From: Eukaryota sp. GEM-RC1 | Taxonomy: Eukaryota | Direction of reading: 5' to 3' | Assembly: GCA_040285855.1 (NCBI GenBank) | Contig: JAUFOQ010000017.1 | Coordinates: 1,550,001 to 1,614,000 of the forward strand | DNA length: 64,000 nt | Shown: piece after piece, positions 49,612-60,479 of the stretch | How the letters are laid out: every line of letters starts with the position of its first letter | Position numbering within the stretch: the first letter of the stretch is position 1 | Translations under genes and position numbers: made by a program | The notes under the pieces: model-generated | The model's database searches: none | What the model was told of the DNA's origin: nothing | The model's input: the letters and a program-made list of their open reading frames with translations, nothing else

Positions 49612-49781
49612 TAAAACAAATCAAACAAATCAAAACAACTTTATCTGACTGGTCATAATTTCGATTAATTCCTTGAATTTCCTTCCACCAACACCATTGT
49701 CCTCTCTTTTGACGTTGACCTCCAGACTGACGACGTCTGTTACTCTATTGAAAGCTTCTCTGTGTTTCATTCAAGATTGTT

Positions 49782-50231
49782 ATGAATTTTTGTTTCGTCG
49801 CTCTTGACGAGGTAGAGGATCTTTCAGAACACACACTCTTCCGGTTTTACGGTCATGTGGACCAATTCTTAACCCCTTATGTCGTCAGAATTAGGTCAGA
49901 TCTTCTCTCATCCTCTTCATCTCCTCTCAGATTCTATGCCGCAGCATTCATAGTTTCCACTTCTACTATCCCTGTGACGGTCAATAGAAGATATTATTTC
50001 TTTGGTTGCCGTACCAGGATTACTACAGGTAACGGAATTGATGCTTCTGTTTCGGGACTTATCTATTTTGTTGCATCAGCTGGGTGTGTTCACGTTGATG
50101 AAGTTAAACGCATGTTTTTGTTGAATAATAGCATGACGCGACATTTTCAATCAAATTGTTTGGATAATAAGTCAGTGTTGAAAAATTTAAACAATGAAGA
50201 TCTAAATTTATTAGAATGCGATGACGAATAA
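49782..50231 (+). CDS. Hypothetical protein (149 aa), possibly a small OB-fold
   Basis: Intact ATG-initiated ORF with a beta-rich pattern (FRFYGHV..YYFFG). Confidence 0.5.
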   Translation: MNFCFVALDEVEDLSEHTLFRFYGHVDQFLTPYVVRIRSDLLSSSSSPLRFYAAAFIVSTSTIPVTVNRRYYFFGCRTRITTGNGIDASVSGLIYFVASAGCVHVDEVKRMFLLNNSMTRHFQSNCLDNKSVLKNLNNEDLNLLECDDE

Positions 50232-50395
50232 TTGCATTGAAACTTCATCGGAAAATTGTTTGAAATCTCTATTTTTCATTCAAAGTTTTTGAATTTTTCA
50301 AATATCTGTAGAACAAAAGTTTCCAACGCGAGACTATCAAATAATTAATTTTAAAGAGAACTAATTCATCCTGGTTGAATCTAATTTGATGATCC

Positions 50396-52781
50396 CTACT
50401 CAATCAATTGCAAGAATATTTTAGGAATCCACTTCTTTTTTTCTAGAAATTCTTTTTGTACATAACCTCTGCAATATTCTTTTAAAATTGGAGCATCGAA
50501 AAGAACTTTGAAAAAACCATTTCCGGATTCAGAAAAAGCATAACTTTTGCACTTATTGGTCCTAACAGTAGGCATAATCGAATGAGCCCTTCAAAAATGA
50601 TTGGTGATTGACAGTCAGGATGACGCGATAGACGAGGAACAAATGATTCTACCATAAAATTGGATAAAACAGGGAATAAAATAAGTGATTTGATAGCAGC
50701 AAGTACAATAACTGGAGAAATTTTAAATTGTGACAAATATTTGTTTAATAATATACTTACTGAGGTTGGTGATAGTGATCCTTTCCTATCAAAAATGATT
50801 GAAATCACACGTGATGACGACAGCAATCTTTCTTCTTCCGATCCAAGCTCCGGATCAATTGACAAATCAAAAGCTAAATTTAAAATTTCAAATGTGTGGA
50901 ATGAACCCGACTCTAGCAAAGATTCAACTGTAGATTTAAAGAATTGAGGGTCATTTCTGATTTCAATCAATACACGTGGTAATAGGTCAAAAATCAAATC
51001 GGGACGGTCTGGAATTTTACAGAAAATCGGAGCCAGGACTGACTCTGAAACACCATTTTCAGTGGCAGAAGTGAGTGCATCAATCAAATCATCAGAAATG
51101 GAAGGTGACACGTCACCAAGAGTCTGAGAAACTAACATAAGTAGATCATCATTAAGACAAGTCGTAATCAAAGTAATTAAATCATCACTGTCTTGGTGAT
51201 GTGCTATCATGATTTTGATTTGTTCAGTGATTGCTATCTTTGCCGTTGAAATCATTTGAGTGTGAACGTCATTCAAAAAGTGCAATAGTGTGGAATTTTG
51301 ATTACCCAAAGAGAAGAACAGTCTACTTTTGGCAGCTGCTTCTTCTGGTGTCACGTCATCAATTTCTGTGATTGAAAAGAAGAGCTCGCTGGCTCTAGAG
51401 AGTATATACCCCGAGAAAACTTCCAGAGGGTAAAGTTGTAGTGACAGCAGGTCAACAACTGGTCCAGAGAAGTCAGAAGAAATCTCGTGTGTGAGTTCAA
51501 TCAGACAGTCAAGTCCAGCAGTTGATAAATTTTCAAAATTTAAAATTATTTCTCGAAGGGCTGTTAATGAAAACTTAACAAGAGATGCGTTTTGACTCAA
51601 TGCCAAATTTTGACAAAATTTAAATATTCCCATGGGAGAGGCAGATTCAAAATCAAATCAATTAACATAGCTTGTTGATGATCATTAACTGAATTGTTAT
51701 GAAAACTTATAAACTTGCCAATTACAGTTTCAAACAGAACTGCCGATTCTTTAATTTTCGATAATGATATAAAGTTTGTCAATAAATCTGAAAATAATTC
51801 CCGTGAATTGTGTAAATTGATACCCAAATAAGTGCAAAGATATCGTGTTGAGCTTTCCATTAAAGGGCCATAAAACCCAATCAATTTACGTCTGATTTCG
51901 ACTGCCGTGATCCCTTCTCTTTCGATGACGTCACCTAAATCAATCATTCTTTGAAAACACTCATCAATCAAATCTATTTCTTCTTCCACTACTTCCTCCT
52001 CTTCTTCTCTATCTTGCTTCACTGGGGGCTGATCCTTCCGCTGCTCTTTCTTACGCTCTTGGACATGCTTAAGTACATTGGTGAAGGTCTGTAGTTGGTC
52101 AAATGTCTTTCCAATAGTAAGGATCACATCAGTCACGTGACTTGAAGGATCGGTGTAAAGGATTCGTAGACAACCTGAAATAATGAGGTGCATGACAGAG
52201 TTCTTGAGAGAACGAGGGGATATCGAGGGAATTAAGGGAAGGAATATAGTGGAGGAGAAATGAAGAAAAGCAGGGAGAACGTGTTGTTGATAGAGAGGAG
52301 AGTATAAAGAGATTCTGGTACATGATAGAATAACAAAGAGAAGAGAAGGTGTGATGGTTTGAGAATTGTACAGTATAGGAAGAAGAGACTGTTGTAGAGT
52401 TGTTAGACTTTCTTTCTGTAGGAAGTCTGGATAGAGAGAGTGATGGTTGAGGGGTACATTGGAAAGGGAAAAGGGAACTCGTGCATTGTCTTTGGTAATT
52501 GAGAAACAAATGATGATGAGTTCTAGGAATTTCGCAGCAGAGCATTTAACAGATTCATCAGGAGAAACACCGAGTTGTTTAGAAGCTAAGTGTTTGATCT
52601 GACCTAGATCGTTGAAGGTAGCTGATGCAGAAGCTGGATCAGCAGAGAGTACAAAATGAAGGATTGGTCCAATATGTTGACACGATTGTTCAAAGAGGTG
52701 GGTAATTGTCTGTGTGTTGTTGATGGTGATAGAAGCAGTGAGATTCTCCAGCAGCTTTCTAGCAATTATTTGACTTGACAT
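50396..52781 (-). CDS. SYMPK: Symplekin/Pta1 (mRNA 3'-end processing scaffold), frameshifted
   Basis: N-terminal KCSAAKFLELIIICFS..FSLSNVPLNHHSL..LQKE; C-terminal FPVLSNFMV..PRL..IFEGLIRLC..P.S..VML.L. Confidence 0.8.
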
Positions 52782-53009
52782 AGGGTAGTCACTAGCAATA
52801 ATTACAGTGTGTTGTTTGAAAGGGAGATCAAGAAATTCTTTTGAAAAAGTTCATCAGTGAAAAATCAGACTCATTCAAAATCCTCAACGCAACATGCTTA
52901 CTTACTTGGGGTGGCATAATTCATCTTGAAATTGTTGATCACAGTCAATGTGCTAAAATAATTGAAATTTAGGAATAATATTTAGAAGACTGTAAAAGGA
53001 GATAAAGCG

Positions 53010-53660
53010 GGCCACTTTTTGTCTCCATTTCAATTTGGAATTAAAACAATTGATGGAGCTTCTGGTGCAGTCCTAACATCAGATTTGTTTTTCGATTCAC
53101 ATGATGATAATTTCATTTTCAATCTTGATTTTAAAAATGCGTTTAATTCAGTTAGTCGTAAGTCTGTTTTTGCAGCTACTCGTCTTCGATTGGCTATTTG
53201 GCCTGTAGATTTATCAACTATTCAACTTGCTCTTGTGGAGCTAATGGTGTTTTTCGTCGTTTAATTCGTTGTCGATACCATATCAATTTACCTTCATGAA
53301 TTCATGATGGTGTACGTGATTCTTGTTATTCCATGATTAAAGCACATGGCTTTCACTGGAAAGTGTTGAAACACCTTTCAGAAAGCAAATTTACAGACCA
53401 AAAAAGAGGAGATCTTCACACTCAGTGGCTTAAAAAGATTCAATCGTTAATTTGTACAATTAATGTTTGTAATATTGTGTATTAGATCGTTCTTTTAATG
53501 TACTTTTAACAGCTGCTGAAAAGCTTAATTTTTGAAAAATGACTGTCAAGTAGAAGAACTAAATCTAAAATCATACTAAATTTCTATTTCAACATGTTGT
53601 TGCTCTTCGTTCTTTGCTCTTCTTTATTAGTCTTGCAGGTGCACACCTTTTCAAGCAATT
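53010..53660 (+). mobile_element. Degenerate chimeric CRE-like retrotransposon remnant
   Basis: SPFQFGIKTIDGAS..LDFKNAFN joined to sequence similar to 3650-4150. Confidence 0.75.
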
Positions 53661-54209
53661 TGTTCGATTTGATGTTTGCTTCATTTTGCCAAATAGAGTT
53701 GCGACAGCAATATTGTTACGTTGATAGTTCATACCAATAATAAGCCAACAATATGTCAAAAAGTAAGGTCAGAATGTGGTAGATTTTCAGTTTTTTTGTA
53801 AAATGTCAAAATTGATGGATAATATGAGGAGAAACAATTTCTTTTAAATTTGTTAATGTTCTGTTACAGATTAACAGATGTATACTACTTTTTTCAAAAA
53901 TGAAACAGCATTTCTTGTCCCAGCTAACAACTTTCAATTTTAACATGTATTTCAATCCCAATGTTTCTTCAGTTATTGTTGTAGTGACTGCTAAATGGAA
54001 CACATATACAGACTAAACTATTTGTACAACACCAGACTAATACCAAGTCATAGAATAATTTGAAATGCTTTCACTTTTCAAACATAAGAGTTTTTTAAAA
54101 ATAATGTTTTATACCAAAAGATTTTACTTTTTTTAACTATACTACAAGCATAAATTTGTGAATATCAAGAAATTATGTTTTTTAAAGATATTAAAAGGAT
54201 TAATGTATT

Positions 54210-55760
54210 TTACATGGTGTTTAAAACAACACCATTAGCTTTCAGTTGCTCCTCAACGCAATGTTTACGAAGCCAAATTTCACTAATTCGTGATCGATTT
54301 CGATTATGCTCAGTCAATTTTAAATTTTTCATCAAATTTGAAATTCGTTCAACTTCAGCAGTACTCATTTGATTTTCTTTGACGTCCAACTGTCCTTCTC
54401 TGAATTCAAAAGAAGTCTGAAGAAAAGCTTTGATATTTTGACCAGTTTTGTCAGTGAAAAGATGTCGTAGCTCTGAACTTAACGACTCGTCATCATGATC
54501 TTCTGAAAAAGTTTCAAAATATTTAAATAATAGATTTGAAACTTGGTCATGGAAGGAGCTGAATACTTCCCGAATTTTTGAAAATCCAGAAATAATATCA
54601 TCAAGAACTTCCTTTTTCATTTGATCAACATTTCTATCAAATTGATGTAGCAACACTAGATTTTGCTCAGCTAATTCCAATTCAAACTCAACCAAGAAAT
54701 CATTAAGCTGGTCATTTTTTTCAAGAAAATCTACAACTGTTGCAGTTACATCTTCCATTTCTAAAGGTAAATCTTGGGAATCTTGAATTTTTAAAATAAT
54801 GGACTTTTTCTCATTTTCAAAATCTGAAACCAGCTGGAAAGCTTCTGCATCATTTTGATTCTTAGCATTTTCAATCGCTTTCGAAAAGAGATCATGTTCT
54901 TGATCCCTTCTTTGATAGTGTTTCGACATTACTTTCCTTATATCTGAAATTGCAGAAATTAAATTATGTTCTAATTCCGTCATCAGCTCAGAATACCCTT
55001 CAAAAGAGGAAAGTTTCCTTAATTCTGGATCTTCACAGGCAATCGTAACATAAATATCTCTCAAGAACGTACAATTAGTTCTAATATCTTCCTTTTCTAA
55101 TAGTTTCTCTTTCTCCTCTTCCAACTGAAGTTCCTGCTGAATGACTTCTGAGTCCTTCAAGTCCTTAACATCTCCTTCAAACTGCTCGGTAGCTGCTTGC
55201 TTCTCATTATCAGAGCATAGTCGGTAGTCCAAATATCTTAGGTGAGGAACGTAGGACAGAGTGGTGGGTCGATAGTGAAGATCTTGAGAGCAAGGATTGC
55301 CTTCAAATATTAGAATACGGAGATTTTTAAATTTTCGAAGGTATCTCGCGTGATCAGTAAGGCTACCCTCAATGGCATTCTTGCCAATGTTAAGAAGTCG
55401 AAGAGTGGGAAAAAGGTGGTCTAAGTTCTCAATTTGGGTGATTTTGTTACGGAAAAGACGAAGTTCAGAGATTTTGGTCAGGTTTTCCAGTCCAGAGATG
55501 GTTTCAATTTCGTTAAAGGAGAGATTCAATGACTCTAAGTTATGGAGATGGTCTAGGTTTTGAATGGTTTTGATGTAGTTGTTGTCGAGTTTGAGAGAGC
55601 GAACATTGGTGAAAGGTTGTAGATTGGCAATTTCATGAAGGTTCTTGAAACTGAGAGCGATTGATGTTATATCATATCTAAGAGGATCACTATCTGAAGC
55701 TGTCTCACCCAGTATAAGGTCTTCACTGATGATACCAGGGATTTTAGAGTTTGAAGACAT
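54210..55760 (-). CDS. DRC3: Dynein regulatory complex subunit 3 (LRRC48)
   Basis: SDS22-type LRRs (LSFKNL..LKLDNNYI..LNLSFNEI), GNP..YR..LRYLDYR cap, coiled coil ending EHNRNRSRISEI. Confidence 0.88.
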   Translation of the reverse strand: MSSNSKIPGIISEDLILGETASDSDPLRYDITSIALSFKNLHEIANLQPFTNVRSLKLDNNYIKTIQNLDHLHNLESLNLSFNEIETISGLENLTKISELRLFRNKITQIENLDHLFPTLRLLNIGKNAIEGSLTDHARYLRKFKNLRILIFEGNPCSQDLHYRPTTLSYVPHLRYLDYRLCSDNEKQAATEQFEGDVKDLKDSEVIQQELQLEEEKEKLLEKEDIRTNCTFLRDIYVTIACEDPELRKLSSFEGYSELMTELEHNLISAISDIRKVMSKHYQRRDQEHDLFSKAIENAKNQNDAEAFQLVSDFENEKKSIILKIQDSQDLPLEMEDVTATVVDFLEKNDQLNDFLVEFELELAEQNLVLLHQFDRNVDQMKKEVLDDIISGFSKIREVFSSFHDQVSNLLFKYFETFSEDHDDESLSSELRHLFTDKTGQNIKAFLQTSFEFREGQLDVKENQMSTAEVERISNLMKNLKLTEHNRNRSRISEIWLRKHCVEEQLKANGVVLNTM

Positions 55761-55813
55761 ATAGCAAAATGAATCTTCTGAATTTCCAACTGAAACAACT
55801 CACCAATTTGACA

Positions 55814-57276
55814 ATGGATGTTCACTCCCTATTCAAAGAACTTTGTTCTGGAACTTCCATATCTTCTATTCCTGTTGTAAAAAAAGAAGAGTCATGTGAT
55901 GTTTTTGCTCTTAATGAATCTGTTCGTCACCAATTATCTCGTTCTAGAAGCTCTGCTGAACCACCAAAGAAGAAGGACAGAATTCAAGAAGATGTTCCCG
56001 TATCCGATGGTGATCTAATTAGATCATCACTTAATATCGTTGTCAATGACCCTGATGCTCCTGATCCTCTTATCTCCTACAGCGAACTCTCTCAGTTCAA
56101 TGTCCCAGATCCTCTTATCTCCACAATTACTTCTCGTTTTTCTCATCCTACACCTGTTCAACGCCAAGTCATCCCCGCAATCTTCCAGAAGAGAGATCTT
56201 TTGGGACTAGCTCCGACAGGAAGTGGTAAGACTCTAGCTTATCTGATTCCTCTAATCACAATGATTCAGACTAAATTAGAAAAAAAGTCCAAAAAGAAAT
56301 CAGAAAAGTCCAGTATACGTGCCCTGATACTTGTTCCTACCACTGAACTCATTGTCCAAGTAGCTACTGAGTTCGAGTCCTTGTCGAGTTTGACAGTGGT
56401 TTCTCTAAGTAAGAATGTCTTAAAAGCTGCTTGTGTAAGTAGATCTCTTAAGGGACACGTGTTAGTAGCAACACCGCTCTCTTTGTTGAAATTATTGGAG
56501 AATATTCCTAAATTATTGAAAAATGTCAAATTAATTGTCGTTGATGAAGCCGATAAGCTACTCGAAAGGAGGTTTCTGGAGCAGTTTGACGGTATCATGG
56601 TCAATGTTCCCGCAACTTGTCGGAAATGTCTTTTCTCAGCGACTCTTCATGAAAGTCTCAATAACTTTGTGAATAATATTTTAATTGTTGATCCTATTCG
56701 AATTTCCGTAGGACATGAAAACTCAGGAAACACGCGTGTTTTTCAAGCTTTTAAATATTGTGCTGATTACAGAGGCAAGTTGAACTCTCTTTTCAAATAT
56801 TCTCAGGGGAGTCAATTTTCAGTCCTCAATTTTTAGAAAATCAACCGCAACTTGCCCTATTTAATTCAATCAAACCTCCAGTTTTGATTTTTGTCGAATC
56901 TAAGGACCAAGCTCGTCGACTGTATAAAGAAGTTCTGCTACGTGGCATCACGTCATCAGTAGAGGTGTTACACGCTGACAGAAGCAAAAACAGCAGAATT
57001 GAAATATTAAAACGTTTTCGTACTGGTCACACGTGGGCTTTGATCTGTACTGACGTGGCAGCTAGAGGATTAGACTTAAGATCTGTGCAGCTAGTTGTGA
57101 ACTATGACGTTCCTGGAACAATCAATTACGTTCATCGTGTTGGACGTGTTGGTCGTGGTATTTCTTCAGGAAAGGCGTTGACTTTGATTGGTAATGATGA
57201 CGTGGATAAAGCTAAGCAGTTATCCCCTCTGGTGTGTCAAGCTGGTGGTTATGTACCTGACTGGTTGAAGTCATAG
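55814..57276 (+). CDS. DDX52: DEAD-box RNA helicase DDX52/Rok1 (one indel at about 56790)
   Basis: PTPVQRQ, APTGSGKT, DEAD, FSAT, KPPVLIFVESKDQA, FRTGHTWALICTDVAARGLD, YVHRVGRVGR. Confidence 0.88.
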
Positions 57277-57396
57277 TTACTTGATTGGAATCAACCACAT
57301 TTGATTGATTTTATTACGGATTAGTATTTATTTTTAGTTTCTTTTTTAGTCGAGTAGTTTTTTAAAATTTAGTTTTATTATCTCTGTTTTTTGTTA

Positions 57397-58036
57397 CAGT
57401 AAACTCTCTCTAATTGAAACATCTTGGTGACTGGAGTTTCGTTTCAATTACAGAGACTTTTCAATTACAGAGAGTTTCTATAAACCTACCCTAAACTTAT
57501 ATTACACATGTGTTCTACGCTTATTTATTCCATAACATCAATTATTTCGTTAGTGTTGCTGGAAGAATGAACGTATGTTTGATTTACAGCTGTGATGTCA
57601 TTGAATTCGTGATTTTGAACACATGTAGAGAGAATTCCTAAAGAATCCCCCAGTTCTTTAATCGCCCAAGAAGATACGTTTTCAAGAGTGAAAGGGGGGT
57701 GGTCACGAGTATGATTTTGTATTTGACTTTTAATGTGGTTGTTTAGTCTTGTATAAGGCATTTTGAGAAAAATTGGAAGAAGATTTAATACTGGATTTAC
57801 GATGAACAATAATGGTTTATTCCTTTTCCGCACTAACATCAATACAGTGCAGCCAGCTGCAGCTATAACTCTTAGACTACGGCCTAACATTGACTTCAAT
57901 GTTTCAATTAGGTCTCAAAAAGTGTTGCAATTGTTTCAATTTTCAATTTAGTATTGTTTTACTCGGTGGCATGGGTTTTTGTTGCAATTTCAGAGAGTTT
58001 TCAATTACAGAGGTTGCAATTAGAGAGAGTTTACTG
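57397..58036. mobile_element. Tc1/mariner-pogo-type MITE
   Basis: TIR CAGTAAACTCTCTCTAATTG(A/C)AAC, TA duplication on both sides, subterminal TTTCAATTACAGAG repeats. Confidence 0.88.
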
Positions 58037-58155
58037 TACATCAATTTTTGACATTCTTGGACGATTCCCAAAATACATTGACAAATTGGTCTTCTGTTTG
58101 ACACTTTTGGAATCCAAGTGACTGTTTATTGTCATTCCAATCAATTAATGAATGC

Positions 58156-58805
58156 TTAATTCACTGATTTTTCCATCAACTGTTGTTTCAACCTCGCAAT
58201 TTCATTATCTTTTGATTTTCTTAGAGCAACCAACTTCTTTCTCATTGTATCATTGAGAGTAAGACTAGGCGACGGCGGTATTGAGGTTTGTTTCTTCATC
58301 TGTTCAATTTCCATGTGAAGCATTCTGTTTTCTGTTTGTAACTGTTGAAGCTGACAGGTATTCGATTCCAATTCGGATCGCACTATTGTTAACAGCATAA
58401 GTTGACATACTAACATTGAATGAAGGGTTCAGTACAACAGGATTGTCTTTTCTGATGTCTAGCTCACGGTTCAGGTTACGGATAGTATCTTGGAAATTCT
58501 TCTCCATGGCTTCCTTCTCCAATTTAAGGGCATGTAACTCTGTCCGTAAATGTTCGTTAGTTTCAACAAATGAAAGCAGCTTTTTATTCTCCCCTATTGT
58601 TTTCACGAGTAGCTGTTGTAACTCAGACGCTGTTGTTAGTATGAATTTGCTCCCAAACTTTGATCTCCTTCTGGCTCTACTTCTTGTTTTTGAATCACAT
58701 GAGTGCCTGAAGGTTGGTCTGCCAACATCTACGGTAAGGATGTGATAAGTGTACAACTTCTCGAAGGATCTGAAGCTCAGGAACGATGTCTGATAGATCT
58801 CTCAT
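58156..58805 (-). CDS. Coiled-coil protein (188 aa), 4 exons: 58755-58805, 58659-58728, 58411-58629, 58156-58382
   Basis: Removing three GT-AG introns (58729-58754, 58630-58658, 58383-58410) gives a 567-nt open frame from ATG to TAA. Confidence 0.82.
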
Positions 58806-58997
58806 AAATGCAGGCAAAAAATGTCAAATTAAATCTTCAATCTGAAACTGTGTCGTCTCACATCTGTAGCCAGTTCATTCTAGGAAACAATTACAGTTCG
58901 ACAATTAGAACTACAGTATTAGCAAATCATTACTGTATTAGATCTACAGAAATCTGTAACAGAAAAAGTTTTGCAAAAAAGTTTTTGGCTACTCAAA

Positions 58998-59950
58998 ATG
59001 ATAACATCTCCTTCTCAAACAAGACTTACTGAAGGGCTTCTTCGCGATATTGCTGAGATCCCAGATGATGTTGATTCTGGCACAGTCACTTCCCTCTCGT
59101 TGATAGGTGAATCCGGCCAACCCAAAATCTGTCATGTAGGAAATTCCCTTACCCGCTTTGTTAACCTACGAGAGCTAGACTTTTCTCGTAATGTCATTAC
59201 TTCCCTCAATGGCTTAGAAACATGCATTCGGTTGGAGAAATTGACTCTATACTACAACAAAATCAGTTCTGTAGCAGAAATCGACAAACTCCAACGCAAT
59301 ACTCGTCTTCAAGTTCTTGATCTTCGTCTCAACCCCCTTTGCCGTCTTATTGAAAACTACCGCTGCGAGGTTCTCACTCGAATTCCGTGGCTAATTTCCT
59401 TGGACAACAGAGATGTTGACGATGACGAACGTGAAGAACTCTCCTTGGCTGTTCCTTCGCACCAGACAACCTTTGAGGATCAGATTGAGTTTGAAGGTAT
59501 AGATGATCACAGTGTTGAGCAACACTCTGACGAAGATGATTCTCCTAGTGGTATTGAGTTTAGTGTCAATGCTACAACTGAATCTTTGATCTTTTACTTC
59601 AAAAACTAGGACTTCAAGTGGTACAGGGAAAACAGGAAACCTTGAAACTAGCTCTAGTTGAACTACTTGAACCTTTGATCAAAAGTGCCTTTAATGAAGG
59701 TGTTAAACATGCATTGTCTTCTCAGATTGGTGCTGTCAATGATGAGGAAGATGTTTCTTCTTCTAAAGAAGTTGTAAGTAAGAATGAAAACTCAAAACTG
59801 ATTACTATGCTGTCGGAAAGTCATCAAGTATTGATTCAAAACAATCAAAAGTTATTGGATGACTTGGCTGATTATAAAGAAAGAGAGAAACTCTGGGAAA
59901 GTCGGTTCGAAGAGTTGAAGAACCAGTTTAAAGAAACATTTGCAGAATAG
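58998..59950 (+). CDS. CEP72/LRRC36-like centrosomal LRR + coiled-coil protein (one indel at about 59587)
   Basis: VTSLSL..KICHVGNSL..LDFSRN..LEKLTLYYNKIS..LDLRLNPL..YR..LDNRDV..ER. Confidence 0.78.
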
Positions 59951-60479
59951 ATTGGCTTTTAAAAGGAAGTAAAGTGAAATCAATGGATTTTTCAACGGTT
60001 TTGAATGGTTTTTGATGTAATTTAGTTGATGTGTATTTATCCCTTTTTTTGATATTTATTATTATTCTTTTGGCTCTAAATAATTTAATATTCTTCATTG
60101 TCGTTCAATGTTCTCATTAGAGAATTTCAATTGTGACACTAAATGGAGAATCTCTAGTATAGTTTTGAAAATATTGGCGTCATTGTGTGTTTTTTCTTCA
60201 TTCACATTCAATCATGAATGCGATCTTCTTTGAATCATCTTTTCAGTTTAATGGTTGAACGCTCTAGTCACCCGTTTCAAAGGACTGACAAAAAGGAGTT
60301 TATAGTGGTAAATTCTAGTCTTCAACTAGATACAAACTTTGTCTGAGTTTTCAGATAACCTCCGCTATTCGTTTTTACACAGCTGTAAACCAAGTCTCGC
60401 TGCTCCACATGTATTGATTTGTCTACACCAAGTACACACTTTTTGACAACAATATTTCAACAAGACTAAAACAATTCAA

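Noticed and set aside
57525..57899. 124-aa ORF as a host gene
   Set aside because: It lies wholly inside a TIR/TA-bounded MITE, starts at a non-ATG codon and has no recognisable domain.
20972..59950. Programmed ribosomal frameshifting or RNA editing to explain the many split essential genes (PDS5, MYST, RPN2, symplekin, DDX52, CEP72-like)
   Set aside because: Breaks are mixed +1 and -1, fall in ordinary A/T/C homopolymers and share no slippery or stop motif, as expected from uncorrected long-read errors. Short-read polishing would settle it.
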